DNA from: Phoronis australis | Taxonomy: Eukaryota > Animalia > Phoronida | DNA length: 64,000 nucleotides | Assembly (NCBI GenBank): GCA_002633005.1 | Contig: NMRA01000013.1 | Span: forward strand, 1,004,599-1,068,598 | Direction of reading: 5' to 3' | Program-made: the position numbers and the translations under genes | Part shown: positions 9,801 to 20,671 of the stretch, piece by piece | How the letters are laid out: each line of letters begins with the position of its first letter | Numbering within the stretch: the first letter of the stretch is position 1 | The notes under the pieces: model-generated | The model's input: the letters and a program-made list of their open reading frames with translations, nothing else | What the model was told of the DNA's origin: nothing | The model's database searches: none

Positions 9801-12724
9801 ACTACGCACTCAGCAACTCCTCGTTTCAGGGCAGCATATCTTGCAGCCTCGATTGTAGTCGGTAAGATGTTCTCGGTGGTGTTGCCGTGGTTACTGATAA
9901 ATTTGATGGTTGTTGTAAATAATTCTGGACTTAGTTGTCTAGGTGCCAGCTTAGATATGTCTCAGTGGGCACTTTATTTATACGATTGTATTATTTTCCA
10001 TATTTTGATATTGAGTGCTGTTGATGTTTTGCTGTGATCAAAGAATTTTAATCATCTCTGCTCTATTTATATGGTACAGTCATGGAACCCACTTAATGTT
10101 TTCTTGAATAAATGATTCAACAAAGGTGATTCTCACATGTTAGCGTGAGTATTTGATTTTCTGTTGAGAGATTAACCCAATTCATCTTAAACTCATTTGC
10201 CTTATCAGATTTTGGCGCCTTAGGTAAAAATCAATCGTTTCAGGTTTACCTGTATTACTCTGAGTCTCCACCTAGCATGAGTAACTTATCGCAGTGGTTA
10301 TGATCACCGCCAAGTCGAAACCTGCTTAATGGAACATCTGCCTTTTATCATAATTTATGTCGCAGCTGAGGGTACGACATAAAGAGTTCATCACTGTATC
10401 GTGTTTCATTGACATTTTTTTTACGTTTTGTTCATGCTTCTGATGATTGTGTGTTTGACGCTTTATTTCAGAACATTTTTACACACCTGGGCACGCAGTG
10501 TCTTGGTTACCTTTCAGTATGCTCCCACGTTAGTTGCATTCACCTTCCAAATAGCTTCTCGTTGCTTTGTAATTTCAGGGACTTCTCCGTCTTCAAATTC
10601 TCTCAAAGCAATCTCTTCCTCGTCATAGCGGACAGGTCAGACACGTGTGACAATTGTCCATCACAACCACTCCCACAGGAACCGTCCATCAGTATCCTTT
10701 ATTCGCGGTGACAATGGCAATGGTTGGACAATAATTAGGAGATACTGGTTTTCAAAGGCCCTTTTAAATCATGATTAGTTTTAGAATTGCTAAATAACAA
10801 TGCAGCAATTGAGCCATGGTTACAACTTTTTATGGAAAGTCATGCATTACCATGCATAGAAAACTCAGTCATGAAAAAATCATGATAAAGGCTCATGGAA
10901 AATTTGTAAGAAAATATTAATTCTCTCTGATTTTGCGAGTCCTATCTGCGAAATTCTCACGTGCAGATGTGCTCATAAAAACCTTTAATAAAATGATAAC
11001 CATTATTCCGTTGATCAGTTTTTCTAGTATTCAACAAGATATTCTTTGTCGGCCTTCTAATGTCGTGTGGCTTGATAGATTTTGATGAAACTTGACTCAG
11101 AGGTGTATAACTAAGATGTGTTGGTGGGACATTTTGCAATGGGTCTGGTCACCATAGCGCCCTCTGTTGACCATTTTAATTGTGGATGCTGTTGTCTTTC
11201 CACTGATTATTTGATGTATTGATTAATTTCACTTGATGGATTTTTATGAAAAAACTTAAATGGATAAGATGAAAATTAGTCATCATCAGTTGATGTCAGC
11301 ACCCCCTGTTGCCTAGTTTTTAAAAAAGTTTTCGATCCTTGGATCTTTGTAAATTACGCACTATTCATATTAAAATACTTGCTTGCAAAAATCACAAAAA
11401 ATGACATTGCCGTTTGGGGTATTTTCCAGCACTTTGCGAAGTCCTTGTTCTTTTTGCGTGATTGTGTACGCCTTAACATTTATCAGGCGAGGGACCTAAC
11501 ATGTGTGTGGAGCCTCACAGATACAGGCACAGGCCAGATCAATGTTTCAGTTATTCCCCTGAGGTATGTCACGCTGTGTTATATGATTTTCCACCAGAAG
11601 AACTCTCGAGTCGTGTAAATGTCACGTCAAGTAATGAAAAATGACCAGAGTTGTTACAGGACCTTTATTTTTGTGATTGTGTGCAGTGAGCCATGAATAG
11701 ACTTGTGATAAAGCTGGGGAAATTTATTTACAGCCAGTGTTGTGTTTAGAGTTGACTGTGTCTCTTTTCTGACCTGTTGTTCTGGCGCTCTTTCCTAGAA
11801 ACTGAATTAAGTTCGTTTTTTACTTACGCCCAAGATTTCTTTCAACTTCCAAACTTTGAAATTTACACATCTGGTACCTAAAGATAGTCAAAATTAAGAC
11901 AAAACTTAAGTAAAAAAATTAAGGCAAATTTAAGTTTTATCTTAAAATTGTCTAAAATTTAGGATTGGTTTTAGCTAAATCAGTTTTTGTGGAACAGCCT
12001 CCTGGTCCTTATTGGGGGACCTTAAATCTCACCAATCTAAGACACAATATGACCAACAAATTAAACTTTATCGTTTCCATTTTTAATGAAAGAACAGAAG
12101 CACCAAATAAATGCTATGTCATTTTCAAAGCCATGTTTTTTATAATTTGTGGGCATTCAAATTAATATTGGAAGCTTTTCTAAAATGAAAAAGACCAATT
12201 ACTTAAACCAAACTTGGTGAGATTTTATGGTATCTTGTGTTTTCATGCCTGATTTGAGCCTTGTAATTCGATTGCCTTGTAATTCGACTGCACTTAAATC
12301 CACCGTCATTCCTGTGATCTTCCTTTGAGTTGCGAGGTTCTCTGTTACCAGCATCCAAATTTCTTGATTTAGGTTTGAGGCATAGTTTGGCATTACTATA
12401 CCTACCTGGGCTCACGTTCAGGGTAATTTAATTGAGAAATAGACAAAAAATCAGACTTGGTGACATGACGCAACCTTGTGTTCCAACTTTCAATGGCTTA
12501 GTCGTGGGTCGTCGTATGACATTTATAAAGTAACTCAAGACTGGCAGTTTGTATTTAGGTATAGTGTTTGTGTAGGTTGAGTTATTTAATGTACATTCCA
12601 TTGTTTTATTGTGATGAAATTAACTGTTGTCTTGTAGGAGGACTACAGTGATTGCGGAAGGTCATCGAATGTGGTGCCTTCTGTTGGCCTACTGTGCACT
12701 CTCATTTTTGCGCGATTTCTCTGA
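784..12724 (+). CDS. CACNA2D: Voltage-gated calcium channel alpha-2/delta subunit, 3' part of gene (13 coding exons, about 468 aa; 5' exons lie outside the window)
   Basis: Exons 784-851, 1860-1908, 2684-2775, 3474-3570, 4145-4213, 4673-4887, 5229-5454, 6324-6402, 8729-8837, 9735-9861, 10579-10691, 11487-11563, 12638-12724 all have AG/GT boundaries and join in frame. The translation shows alpha2delta hallmarks: LAPWNYC, YLLWDA, GGLTRAYP, DCYLLDEGAFIVS, TGRFLGRVD, WDHQAAC, LNWWTAG, SCSLDCSR, SNLFLVIAD, RYRHRPDQC, EDYSDCG plus a hydrophobic tail. Paralog number is not assignable. Confidence 0.95.
1544..1759. mobile_element. Decayed MITE with CAGTGGCGGAT-type termini (hAT-like)
   Basis: Left cggtggcagatcttag, right ctaaacccaccactg, G/C-rich subterminal runs; same terminal type as 17396-17549. 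Confidence 0.55.
1860..1908 (+). CDS. CACNA2D: alpha2delta exon (GIEALRSNTSEVILAPW)
   Basis: ttttag|g acceptor, tg|gtaagt donor; corresponds to the alpha2delta FIAPREYC-type motif. Confidence 0.88.
2684..2775 (+). CDS. CACNA2D: alpha2delta exon (NYCRNITIGNLGKVNDPAVVIEQIASGDRA)
   Basis: cacag|g acceptor, t|gtaagt donor, in phase. Confidence 0.88.
3474..3570 (+). CDS. CACNA2D: alpha2delta exon (CVNTEDLVPYLLWDAKACKDLHNKWVEFDEKH)
   Basis: ttgcag|g acceptor, ag|gtgag donor; C..L...LL.DA motif. Confidence 0.9.
4145..4213 (+). CDS. CACNA2D: alpha2delta exon (GDMVFRIVQTLYGGLTRAYPAS)
   Basis: tttcag|a acceptor, gg|gtaagt donor; GG(I/L)TR.YP motif. Confidence 0.9.
4673..4887 (+). CDS. CACNA2D: alpha2delta exon (ANASYGALAMHEMWKHSL...YHFRAPY...VTVATAVRYKTERVTTA)
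   Basis: cttacag|a acceptor, cag|gtgaat donor; lies within ORF 4602..4913. Confidence 0.9.
5229..5454 (+). CDS. CACNA2D: alpha2delta exon (Cache-domain region, DCYLLDEGAFIVS...TGRFLGRVDTSLMNALVNNSIF)
   Basis: cttag|t acceptor, aa|gtaggt donor; strongly conserved family motif. Confidence 0.95.
5627..5871. mobile_element. PIF/Harbinger-like MITE
   Basis: Imperfect TIRs gggcctgttccaacaaaactgactta / taagtcagtttctttaaatgggccc, CTG directly repeated on both sides, CTTAAG-rich interior. Confidence 0.75.
6324..6402 (+). CDS. CACNA2D: alpha2delta exon (TVFWDHQAACPPEKATVSAGPRTLTV)
   Basis: ttttag|a acceptor, tg|gtgagt donor; YDYQ..C-like motif. Confidence 0.92.
7289..7460. mobile_element. EnSpm/CACTA-like short non-autonomous element
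   Basis: Termini cccactg...cagtggg with repeated internal hairpin units cttaactttgg...aagtta. Confidence 0.5.
8729..8837 (+). CDS. CACNA2D: alpha2delta exon (PLFYEALSLNWWTAGITWLWMNFNLYNMLFSSPSSF), hydrophobic segment before the alpha2/delta junction
   Basis: tttcag|c acceptor, g|gtgagt donor; matches the WWAT-type segment. Confidence 0.92.
9735..9861 (+). CDS. CACNA2D: alpha2delta exon, start of the delta peptide (SAELGTDAFTNRSCTNETYQYHY...SCSLDCSR)
   Basis: ctag|t acceptor (in-frame alternative cag at 9738-9740), cg|gtaaga donor; SC..E..QY and C..CSR motifs. Confidence 0.92.
10579..10691 (+). CDS. CACNA2D: alpha2delta exon (DFSVFKFSQSNLFLVIADRSDTCDNCPSQPLPQEPSI)
   Basis: tttcag|g acceptor; ends at a U12-type donor GTATCCTTT. 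Confidence 0.92.
10692..11486 (+). other. U12-type (minor spliceosome) GT-AG intron
   Basis: 5' splice site GTATCCTTT at 10692-10700; branch site CCTTAAC at 11471-11477, 9 nt before the 3' end; no polypyrimidine tract; flanking exons join in frame. Confidence 0.93.
11487..11563 (+). CDS. CACNA2D: alpha2delta exon (EGPNMCVEPHRYRHRPDQCFSYSPE)
   Basis: atcag|g acceptor, gag|gtatgt donor; GP..C....RYR..PD.CF motif. Confidence 0.93.
11785..12001. mobile_element. Second, more diverged copy of the 5627-5871 Harbinger-like MITE, opposite orientation
   Basis: CTG flanks; tcagtttttgtggaacag matches the other copy's TIR; acttccaaactt...acatctggt is the reverse complement of its interior. Confidence 0.65.
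12638..12724 (+). CDS. CACNA2D: alpha2delta terminal coding exon (EDYSDCGRSSNVVPSVGLLCTLIFARFL*), GPI-anchor signal
   Basis: ttgtag|g acceptor; EDY.DCG motif, then small residues, a short hydrophobic tail and TGA at 12722-12724. Confidence 0.93.
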   Translation, partial: EDYSDCGRSSNVVPSVGLLCTLIFARFL

Positions 12725-14688
12725 TATTCATCTCATCACCTGTGCTAGATTTGGAGCCAGAGGGCAGCACTCATTGAACCGCCCACCTCCTGGTGCTAAA
12801 GTTCTGATGAACATTGTAGGAGATTACGGAGGCGTTGACCGCTTGGGTTCTTGGTTCATTTTATTCCCAGAATTCTTTGGTTACTTCCTGTCTGTATTGT
12901 ATTTTCAATAGATACTAGTATCACATGAAGATATTTTTCTGCACTTTCCTCGATTATAACAATATTAGAAATAGGCAATTTTTTTAATAGTCTGCGGTTG
13001 TGTGTTGCAGTGAACTTAAACGACTGTTGTAGTCTGCTGTTCCCAAAGTTAGAATTTTCAGAAGCAGGGTTTTGTAGATTGTCAGGTAATTTTTAAGTGT
13101 GTGTAAGTTAAGTACCAGTGAATCTCAAGCACTCCTTGTTTTGAAAATTCCGTTATGAGTTTGGTTTCACAGAGCAGCTTTCTTAGGATATTTGTTCATT
13201 TCACACTTAACGATCTGAGCAGTCACCATCATGATCACATTTCATTGCATGGGCGTTACTCATCTTGTATGGTGTATTTAAATTTTGTTATAATTTTCAG
13301 TTTTCAGCACAGCCGCTATGGGTATTGTAAAAAAACTGAGTTTCGACTCCCATAAGATTATACTTGATACAATTAATCCTTGACTTGCTAAACTGTATGA
13401 TCTTCATAAGCTTTTTTTTGCTTACTTGTTTTTAATCAATTCTGCATAGAGTTTGTTGCATTCATGGTCATATCTAAGATGTAAGCCTTAAAAATGATGT
13501 GCGAACGTGTTTTTATCGCATTCATAGTGGCTCGTGCTGCTGGTGCCTCCCTAAATGAGCCTAGCGTATTGACTTAGTGGAGAAACTGATGATCTTGTTG
13601 TTATTTACTGATCATTGTATATACGTTTATGTGTCTGTGATATGGTTGAGCATGAAAACAGCTCAAACGCATGTTAGTTGTCCTGGGTAAACAAGTCGTG
13701 TTAGATTTAGATTGTGTAGATAATCACTACATTGTGCTGTTCTCAGTGGAAATTCTTCAGTTTTGGACTAACTATTGCGGATAAGTGGAATCTCATTTTT
13801 ACCTATTGTACGTAATAAGTTTTTCAACTAAAGGAACTTTTTTCTATGATGATTTCTATTGTTCATCTGTTTAGCAAACAACATTTGGTATAATTTTGAG
13901 GATTTGCAGCAACAAGTGATAAACCTTTGTAATTAAAAATTAGCTTTATTTGTTGTCCTAAATTGAAGATATTTGCAATAACTCATTTAAACTGACAGTT
14001 CCTTCTTACTCATTTCTCAAAACGCAAAGAAGAGCAAACAATTCCATACGATGATAGAAGACTGTTGGCGTCCCCTAAAAGATCCCTCAAAGCATTGGCA
14101 CAGAAAAAAGGTGCCAAAATCCTTTTGTTTTTATAGGGTTGCCAGTCCTCCCCGAAGGGGGCGCTTCACTCTTTGATTTTCATGTTCATGGCGAGAGTTG
14201 GGAGAAAATGCTACTTTAGGTATTTTGATACTTTGTATTTTCTGTGCACATTCTTGTACATACACCATATTTGCTTTTTGGCATTAATCATGCTATTTAT
14301 TTGTTTGTTTTACAATGTTTGTGTGCAGTTTAGGCCCTTATGCCAGTATTTGCGTGTTGAGCTGTACCAAAATTCAGTATGTGCACCTAATGTGAAATAC
14401 TTGACAAAACTATTGAAAAAGGCATATTCAAATACTGGACTTGTGCCTGAATGTATATTTATAGGGTACAATTATATCTTAGTCGGGTTGATTCTTGACA
14501 TGCGACAACCATTTTGCCTTTAAAAGTGGCGATTAACCTGACTTCTGTCAAAAGATAAGTTTTGATTTAACCGGTCCTTGTTACAAATTCCTTACTCACC
14601 TTAGCTTTTTAGGGTATGGGTTTGATACAGTTCGTTATTGCTTGTGACTAGACTGTGGTTTGACCTGCTGTGTCATTTCATGTCTCCA

Positions 14689-14694
14689 AATAAA
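14689..14694 (+). terminator. Candidate polyadenylation signal of the CACNA2D gene (second AATAAA at 14926-14931)
   Basis: First canonical AATAAA I found downstream of the stop, at the end of a T-rich UTR-like stretch of about 2 kb. Confidence 0.35.
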
Positions 14695-17395
14695 AGCAGA
14701 CTACCACTTCTTCCAAGCCCTGAAACCACTTCTTGTCTCAGTGTCTAATCCTTGTACTCGAAACTGAGCTCAAAATTATCAATGACATTTTACGATCTAC
14801 TGTAGAACTAACTGATAAGTGTCTATGTTTGTACAATTGTTTTCTTGAGTATATTATAGTTAAAGCAGAGGGGTGCCCTGTCTAGTTTTGCTCTTGATGA
14901 CCTCTAGATTTGAGCTACAAACTCAAATAAAACCTTGAGATTTCGAGTTCAGGCTGGAATTTGTAGCTTTTATGCTGGGTTCATCAAGTGCAAAGTAAGG
15001 TTAGACAGTTGTCCACCTAAATCATAGTGTGCTCTATCACAGAATAATAGATCGTTATCGTGAGACTGCGCGAAACAGTAGAGAGATAAATGTAAAAAAT
15101 AATATCAAATTTGATTTTGAATTCAGCAGTTAGACCTGGAGCAGTTTAGAAACAAGATGTGTTATGTTATATGAGGGTCAGAGGTCGTAATCCAAATGTA
15201 CAGTATGTCTTCTTTGGCAGATGGCAAGTTCATGACAACTTCAAATGAAAGCAGTTCCAGATTAAATTTTATCTTGGCCCCTAAGCTATAAACAGTTTGG
15301 AGTTTGGGTGCCAGATACTTCACACTGCCATTTCGCCTCTTTCTAAGTTTCATGTCGTTCTAAGCACTCCATTCGCATGTGAAAGGCTTTAGGGCATCGA
15401 TCAATTTGCCTGGTACCATTTTCCTTTACAAAAAGCATGGTTTTGTTGCTTTATAGAACTTTTAAGTTACAATTTGTTTATTTATTTTTAAATGTTGACA
15501 TGGGCTGGGTTTGTTTTCATAGTGTAAGAAGGAAGCTCTGCAATGGTTTTTTCTTACCTTCTGCTGTGTTTGTTCTTTAAATGATTCTGATTTGGTTTAT
15601 TAGTTAGTGTGTTACATTTTGTCCCTCAGTGAGTTTTATGTGCAACCAAAGTGGGCTGCTGGATTTTAAATATAGTGTTGTTTTGGCAATGGATTGTTTA
15701 CTGTTTGCACAAAATATATTGATACACTTTGTAGAACAAGCGTGGTTTTTTTATTGATGCAGAAGTGCACGTGCTGGGTGGGCCACGGCTCCAGCAATGT
15801 TGTTTATGTTCTACATATGAGGCCAGCTGGCACTGATGCTGTCTATAATTTCTTGCAGACTTAGTCATCCAATTTCAGTACTGTTAATTTATTTATTACA
15901 ATTACCATTACAAGTCCACATTGCACAATTAATCATAATAGGTAATAAGTATGTCTTAAAAATTCCAACAACAGCAAAAATATCTTAAAATTTACAGAGT
16001 CGTCCAGCCCCTAACGAATACTGTACATATGAGTTGGGTGAGCGAATTAACATCACAGCATTGCCCCATTGCACTTCACCGCCTCAACACACCCAGGTTT
16101 TCTCCTGCTGTTGGTGTCACCTTGCTGCTTGAAGGTTGAGAGAAAGGGCTGAAAAACCTCTAACTCGTTTACCACTCGAAGGGTCGTTCAGGGTTTTGGA
16201 ACAATACTTCATACAGTGTAGGAAGTTTTGGTAATCGTGATTTATCAAGGAATTTTTTTATATGAATTCATACCAACAATTTCTACGACTTCACATAAAT
16301 GGTATGGTATGATATAAGTGGTTGACAAGAATTCATATTACGTGAACGATTGATATAAATTTTCGTGCAAGGTTTATCAACCGGATACATGATTTCTTAT
16401 GACTGAGCTCGGTAAGGGATCAAAAGAGGTTTTACCTGAATGGTACTCTGACTGATCATTGTCAGCCTGCTGATCATTTGTCATTACTTGTCACTCTGAT
16501 ATGATTCATAACCAACAAAATAATGTTAACGACCTTATCTCGGCCTGCAAACAGCATGTTGCGAGTTGGAGGCGACGAATATACACTGGAGCGGGATGTA
16601 AACAAAAGGAAATGCACTGATATAACAACAGTAAACGAATATTACAAAACAAAAACATAACGGACATTCAAGGCAGCCGCACAACGTTTGAAGTGTTTAG
16701 CACATTTGGGAAATTTAGAGGCGAAACTTTCTTGCATGTGTACACGGACAATTTTTTCTTCAAACTTGAGACAAAGTTCAATCATTTTTTATTTTCAAAA
16801 ATGATGTCATTTTGAAAGTGCATCGATCTGGAATGCATTTTTATTAATTTGATTTCGATTTAAAGTGCCATTTCTGAATTTATAAGTAGGTAAAACAAAG
16901 TGTAAAAATATATTCACAATTTATCTTCACAGAAAAAAAAGAAATTTCGTTTTAACAATATTCTCAGATGAGATCCCTTCCTGTTTCTTTGATCAAGAGA
17001 CAGGTGCACTATGGGGTTTAACGTAAGTAGAATTATAGAGTGCGTCCACTAGAACGTAAATATTTAGGCAATAATCTTGCTTTGGTTGATATTCAAGATG
17101 TAAATAGTTACGGGCGAAGAAGTCTGTGTTATGCATATCCACCGTGTTATGAACGTGCCCCTCGCAATAGGCTTACTCGTGGTTTTGTGAAAACAAATTC
17201 CAGACTACATAAGTTTTCAATGACAAGGTCTACCAAAATCCGTTACTATCCCGCCTTGCGCCAAACAAACTTTTGACTTGACTTCTTATTGATATGAACT
17301 GATCTCGATTAGTTCCTTGTTCAGGCGAGAAGTGATATAAGCCGGGCTTGCGCAGAATTGACTACTCGAGTCCACGTTAGATGTATCAAATAACC

Positions 17396-17549
17396 CAGGG
17401 GCGTATCCAAGATTTTGAGTTAGGGGGGAGGGGTAGTACAGAGCGTTAGCCAGGATTTTTCCCGTCAGACATTTGCACCCCCGAACTGCCAAATGGAATA
17501 TGGGAATGGGGGGGCATGGCCTCCTTGGCCCCTCTTAAATCCGCCACTG
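17396..17549. mobile_element. hAT-like MITE with 5-bp target-site duplication
   Basis: Termini caggggcgtat / atccgccactg; TAACC directly repeated at 17391-17395 and 17550-17554. Confidence 0.7.
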
Positions 17550-20543
17550 TAACCAGTAGGCCTAGAGCTGATAAGTGAACTGTCTGTAGCTGGTCAAAAC
17601 TATAGCAAGCTACCAGTTCTTTACATGCCCAAAAACTAAAGAAGAATTCAACAAGGAGTGGTCTGAATTAAAGTCTAAAGTTATGACAACAGGGGGCGTA
17701 AAGCCGCATTTGAAGTAATGGAACAGTGGAGATGTCTCGTGTGCAAGGTAAAAAATGTGCTATACCCACGCTGTCGCTGCCCTGAATTAAAAGCACTCGG
17801 TTATCATAAGTTAAAATAAATAAAGGCTATGGTAAACACATTACCGAATATTAAAAAATAGAACCAATAAATTGTTACAGCTGCTAATAGGACAATAAAT
17901 AAGCAGTGCACAAAATTTAGGGAAGTGTCACTCCCGCAGATGAAAGGCCCAACAGGGGGCCTGCTCTTATACCACTACAGTGGGCAAATATAGTTTAAAA
18001 ATGCAAATATGACCACCACCTGTCAAGCTAACTTTAAGTTTAGTTTTTAGGGTTAGACTTACAAAATATCAGGAAGCGTTACTCAAATTGGATCCTCATG
18101 ATCCCTGAAAAATATCTTCAAACAACGCCTAGGGAACAGACTAACAAACACACAAACGAACACAGCCTAGTAATCACAATCAACGCTTAATCATAATTTA
18201 CAACAATATTGCACGTCATTTCGGCCTCATCAAAATTTGTCACACAATCTAAACCACAAAGTTAGAGCACACTCTTCAATTTATTACAACAAATTGCGCG
18301 CGGGTGGAATTCTAGTTTGTCAAATTTCTCAACAAAAAGTAGCAAACTTTAGAACGTTGTTAGCAAGGTGTGCATATCAACTGTCACCAAATAACAATTG
18401 GTGACTTTTGCAACAAGGTAATGCGCCATTTGTAAAAATAGAAAAGGGAGAAATTTAGCATTTTGTGTCCCAAATTGAAGAATTTGTAACATATTTACAC
18501 ACATTTAAACCGCGAGTCTCTGAACAATCAATGCCGTTTTCAGAGATACACTTTCCTTAGATTTCGACAGTTTTGACCATAGAGGGCGCCTCATCAATCG
18601 AAAGATGTCACTAAAACAGGAACAATATGTGAATTAGATCCCCGCATGCATTTTAAAAATCTAATCTCATAAAAAGATGTTTATTTGAAAGTGGTGGCCC
18701 ACAGAAATTAAATTAAAAAATAGTTAATACATCTTATTAATAAAATAATATTATTAAAATACGAAAGAGAACCATTTGTGGGTATTTTTTGGCCAATTAA
18801 TCTGTTTGCGTTACATTTTGTTATAGGAAATTATGAACTAAACTATATCATGGAAATAATATTTTTAAAACTGGTGGCTGACTCGGTTTTGGCTCCATCA
18901 AGTTGCAAAGGTTTTCGGGAAAAACAGCACTTTAAAGTTTTGCAATTATTGGAACAAGGAGAACCAAGAGTCACCTTACACCAGACAAATCAGAATAAAT
19001 CAAACGTCTGTATCGCTATTAGGTTGTTAAACATATGTCAATCTGTACACAACTTAAAAAACACCCAGTTCCGCTTCATTTTAGCTAAAAATTATAAAAC
19101 GGATTTTAACGCAAGTTAGTTCAGTCGAAATTTAAGCCCAAATAATGCTCATTCAACATAACTCCATGTAGCTTCAAATTTAACAGAAGTTAACGTAAAT
19201 TTTTTTGTTAAATTATTATGATTATGCATCGTCACTCAAAATGACCGCTGACCCCTACATTGTGGGTGCTCACTCTACTGTCGCCATAAATAAGGTTTCC
19301 GCGGAGACTTTGCCCACTTTAAAAAAGATAAAAAATCAATAGTAGAATGAGGCAAACTCAACCAGGCCTGAAAGTTACGTAATGCTCGTGATATCTTTCG
19401 ACCGATGAAACCCATCCTGTATTATTGTTAAATCTAAACTACAGAACCTTTAACTTTGAGTAGATACACAGTGATTTGAGCAATCAACGACTATTCACAA
19501 ACGCAAAGGATCAGACTATTTTTCAACATCTTAACGCTAAGTAAGCAAATATCGGAACTGCACAAATCAAACATCCCACATCAAACGCCAGCGCATGACA
19601 ATATACAAAAAGTGACAGCTGTGCAGACGCTCTGAGTGCATCCCTTATGACGATTCTTTGCATGCCTACATCACCGAATACGTCAGACGATGGAAGTAAG
19701 CGGTTTCTTCAATGTCTTAACACCTGCAATTTAACTTCGTGAACAAAATTTGGAAAGGTATGGTGCAAGGCTACTAAATCACCTATTTAGCTTACGCTGA
19801 AGGTCCTTGCAAAAGCTTGCGCGAAAAAGAATAGGTTAACAGGTAGCTATTGGCATAAGATATCGCAGTTGCCACCTTCTCACGGTAACGCAACGTGACG
19901 ATTTTTTATCAGGTTTTCATTTATCATTCCAGGAAAAACAAAATTTAAGAGAATTCACCAGTTCAAAGCCTCATGTAACCCCAACTCTGGGATACATTTT
20001 TGTGGACATGATTTAATGCGATTATTGACTACTGCTGAGTTGTTTGCTTGAGGCTTTGTCTTGGTTTATTTTTGTTTGACTTAAACAATAATTCTCACAG
20101 TATGGATATTAAGTTCCCATGCTGTTTTACGGTCAAATTTTATCGTGTTTTTGCGATCGCAACGGCTTGATCATTTACAATATCATCGTTTTAGAAGGAA
20201 CGATACAGGATTCTAAAGAAACTAAAAGTACCCTTAACCACTTTTCCTAGTGGAAGTGACGTCACTTACGGATTATTCCCGTCAAACCTCTTTCACTCAT
20301 GTTCATTATTAGACAATGAATAAGAGCGTAAAAAGTATTTTTAAAAGGATTTTGTTATATTCTTAAGTTCGTTGTGTTTTGCTTTGCTCAAAGTTCTACA
20401 CAGCAGTTATTCTTTCTGTGCGACAAACCCCAAACCGCATACAACAGCCCTCGACGAATGCAGCAATATCAAGACCACTACTCCGAATCCAAATCCACGA
20501 GTCAGTTGTTGTCGTCGTCGTCGCACAGGTCACGTGACTTTCA

Positions 20544-20671
20544 TCATTCAAATAAATAACTGTGCAGCAGACTGCCACATCCGGATACAATCGCCACGAC
20601 GATAGCAAGAGGAATGAGTATGGGCGAGAAAAGTGTGAAGCCCGTTCCGAGAACCAGTTTCCAACCAAGAC
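20544..20671 (-). CDS. Terminal exon of the PY/PSAP-motif protein (hydrophobic segment)
   Basis: cctttttccttag acceptor; LGWKLVLGTGFTLFSPILIPLAIVVAIVSGCGSLLHSYLFE followed by TGA TGA. Confidence 0.78.

Noticed and set aside
14173-14523. 116-aa hydrophobic ORF
   Set aside because: Product of T-rich 3' UTR-like sequence with a TTG start; no family features.
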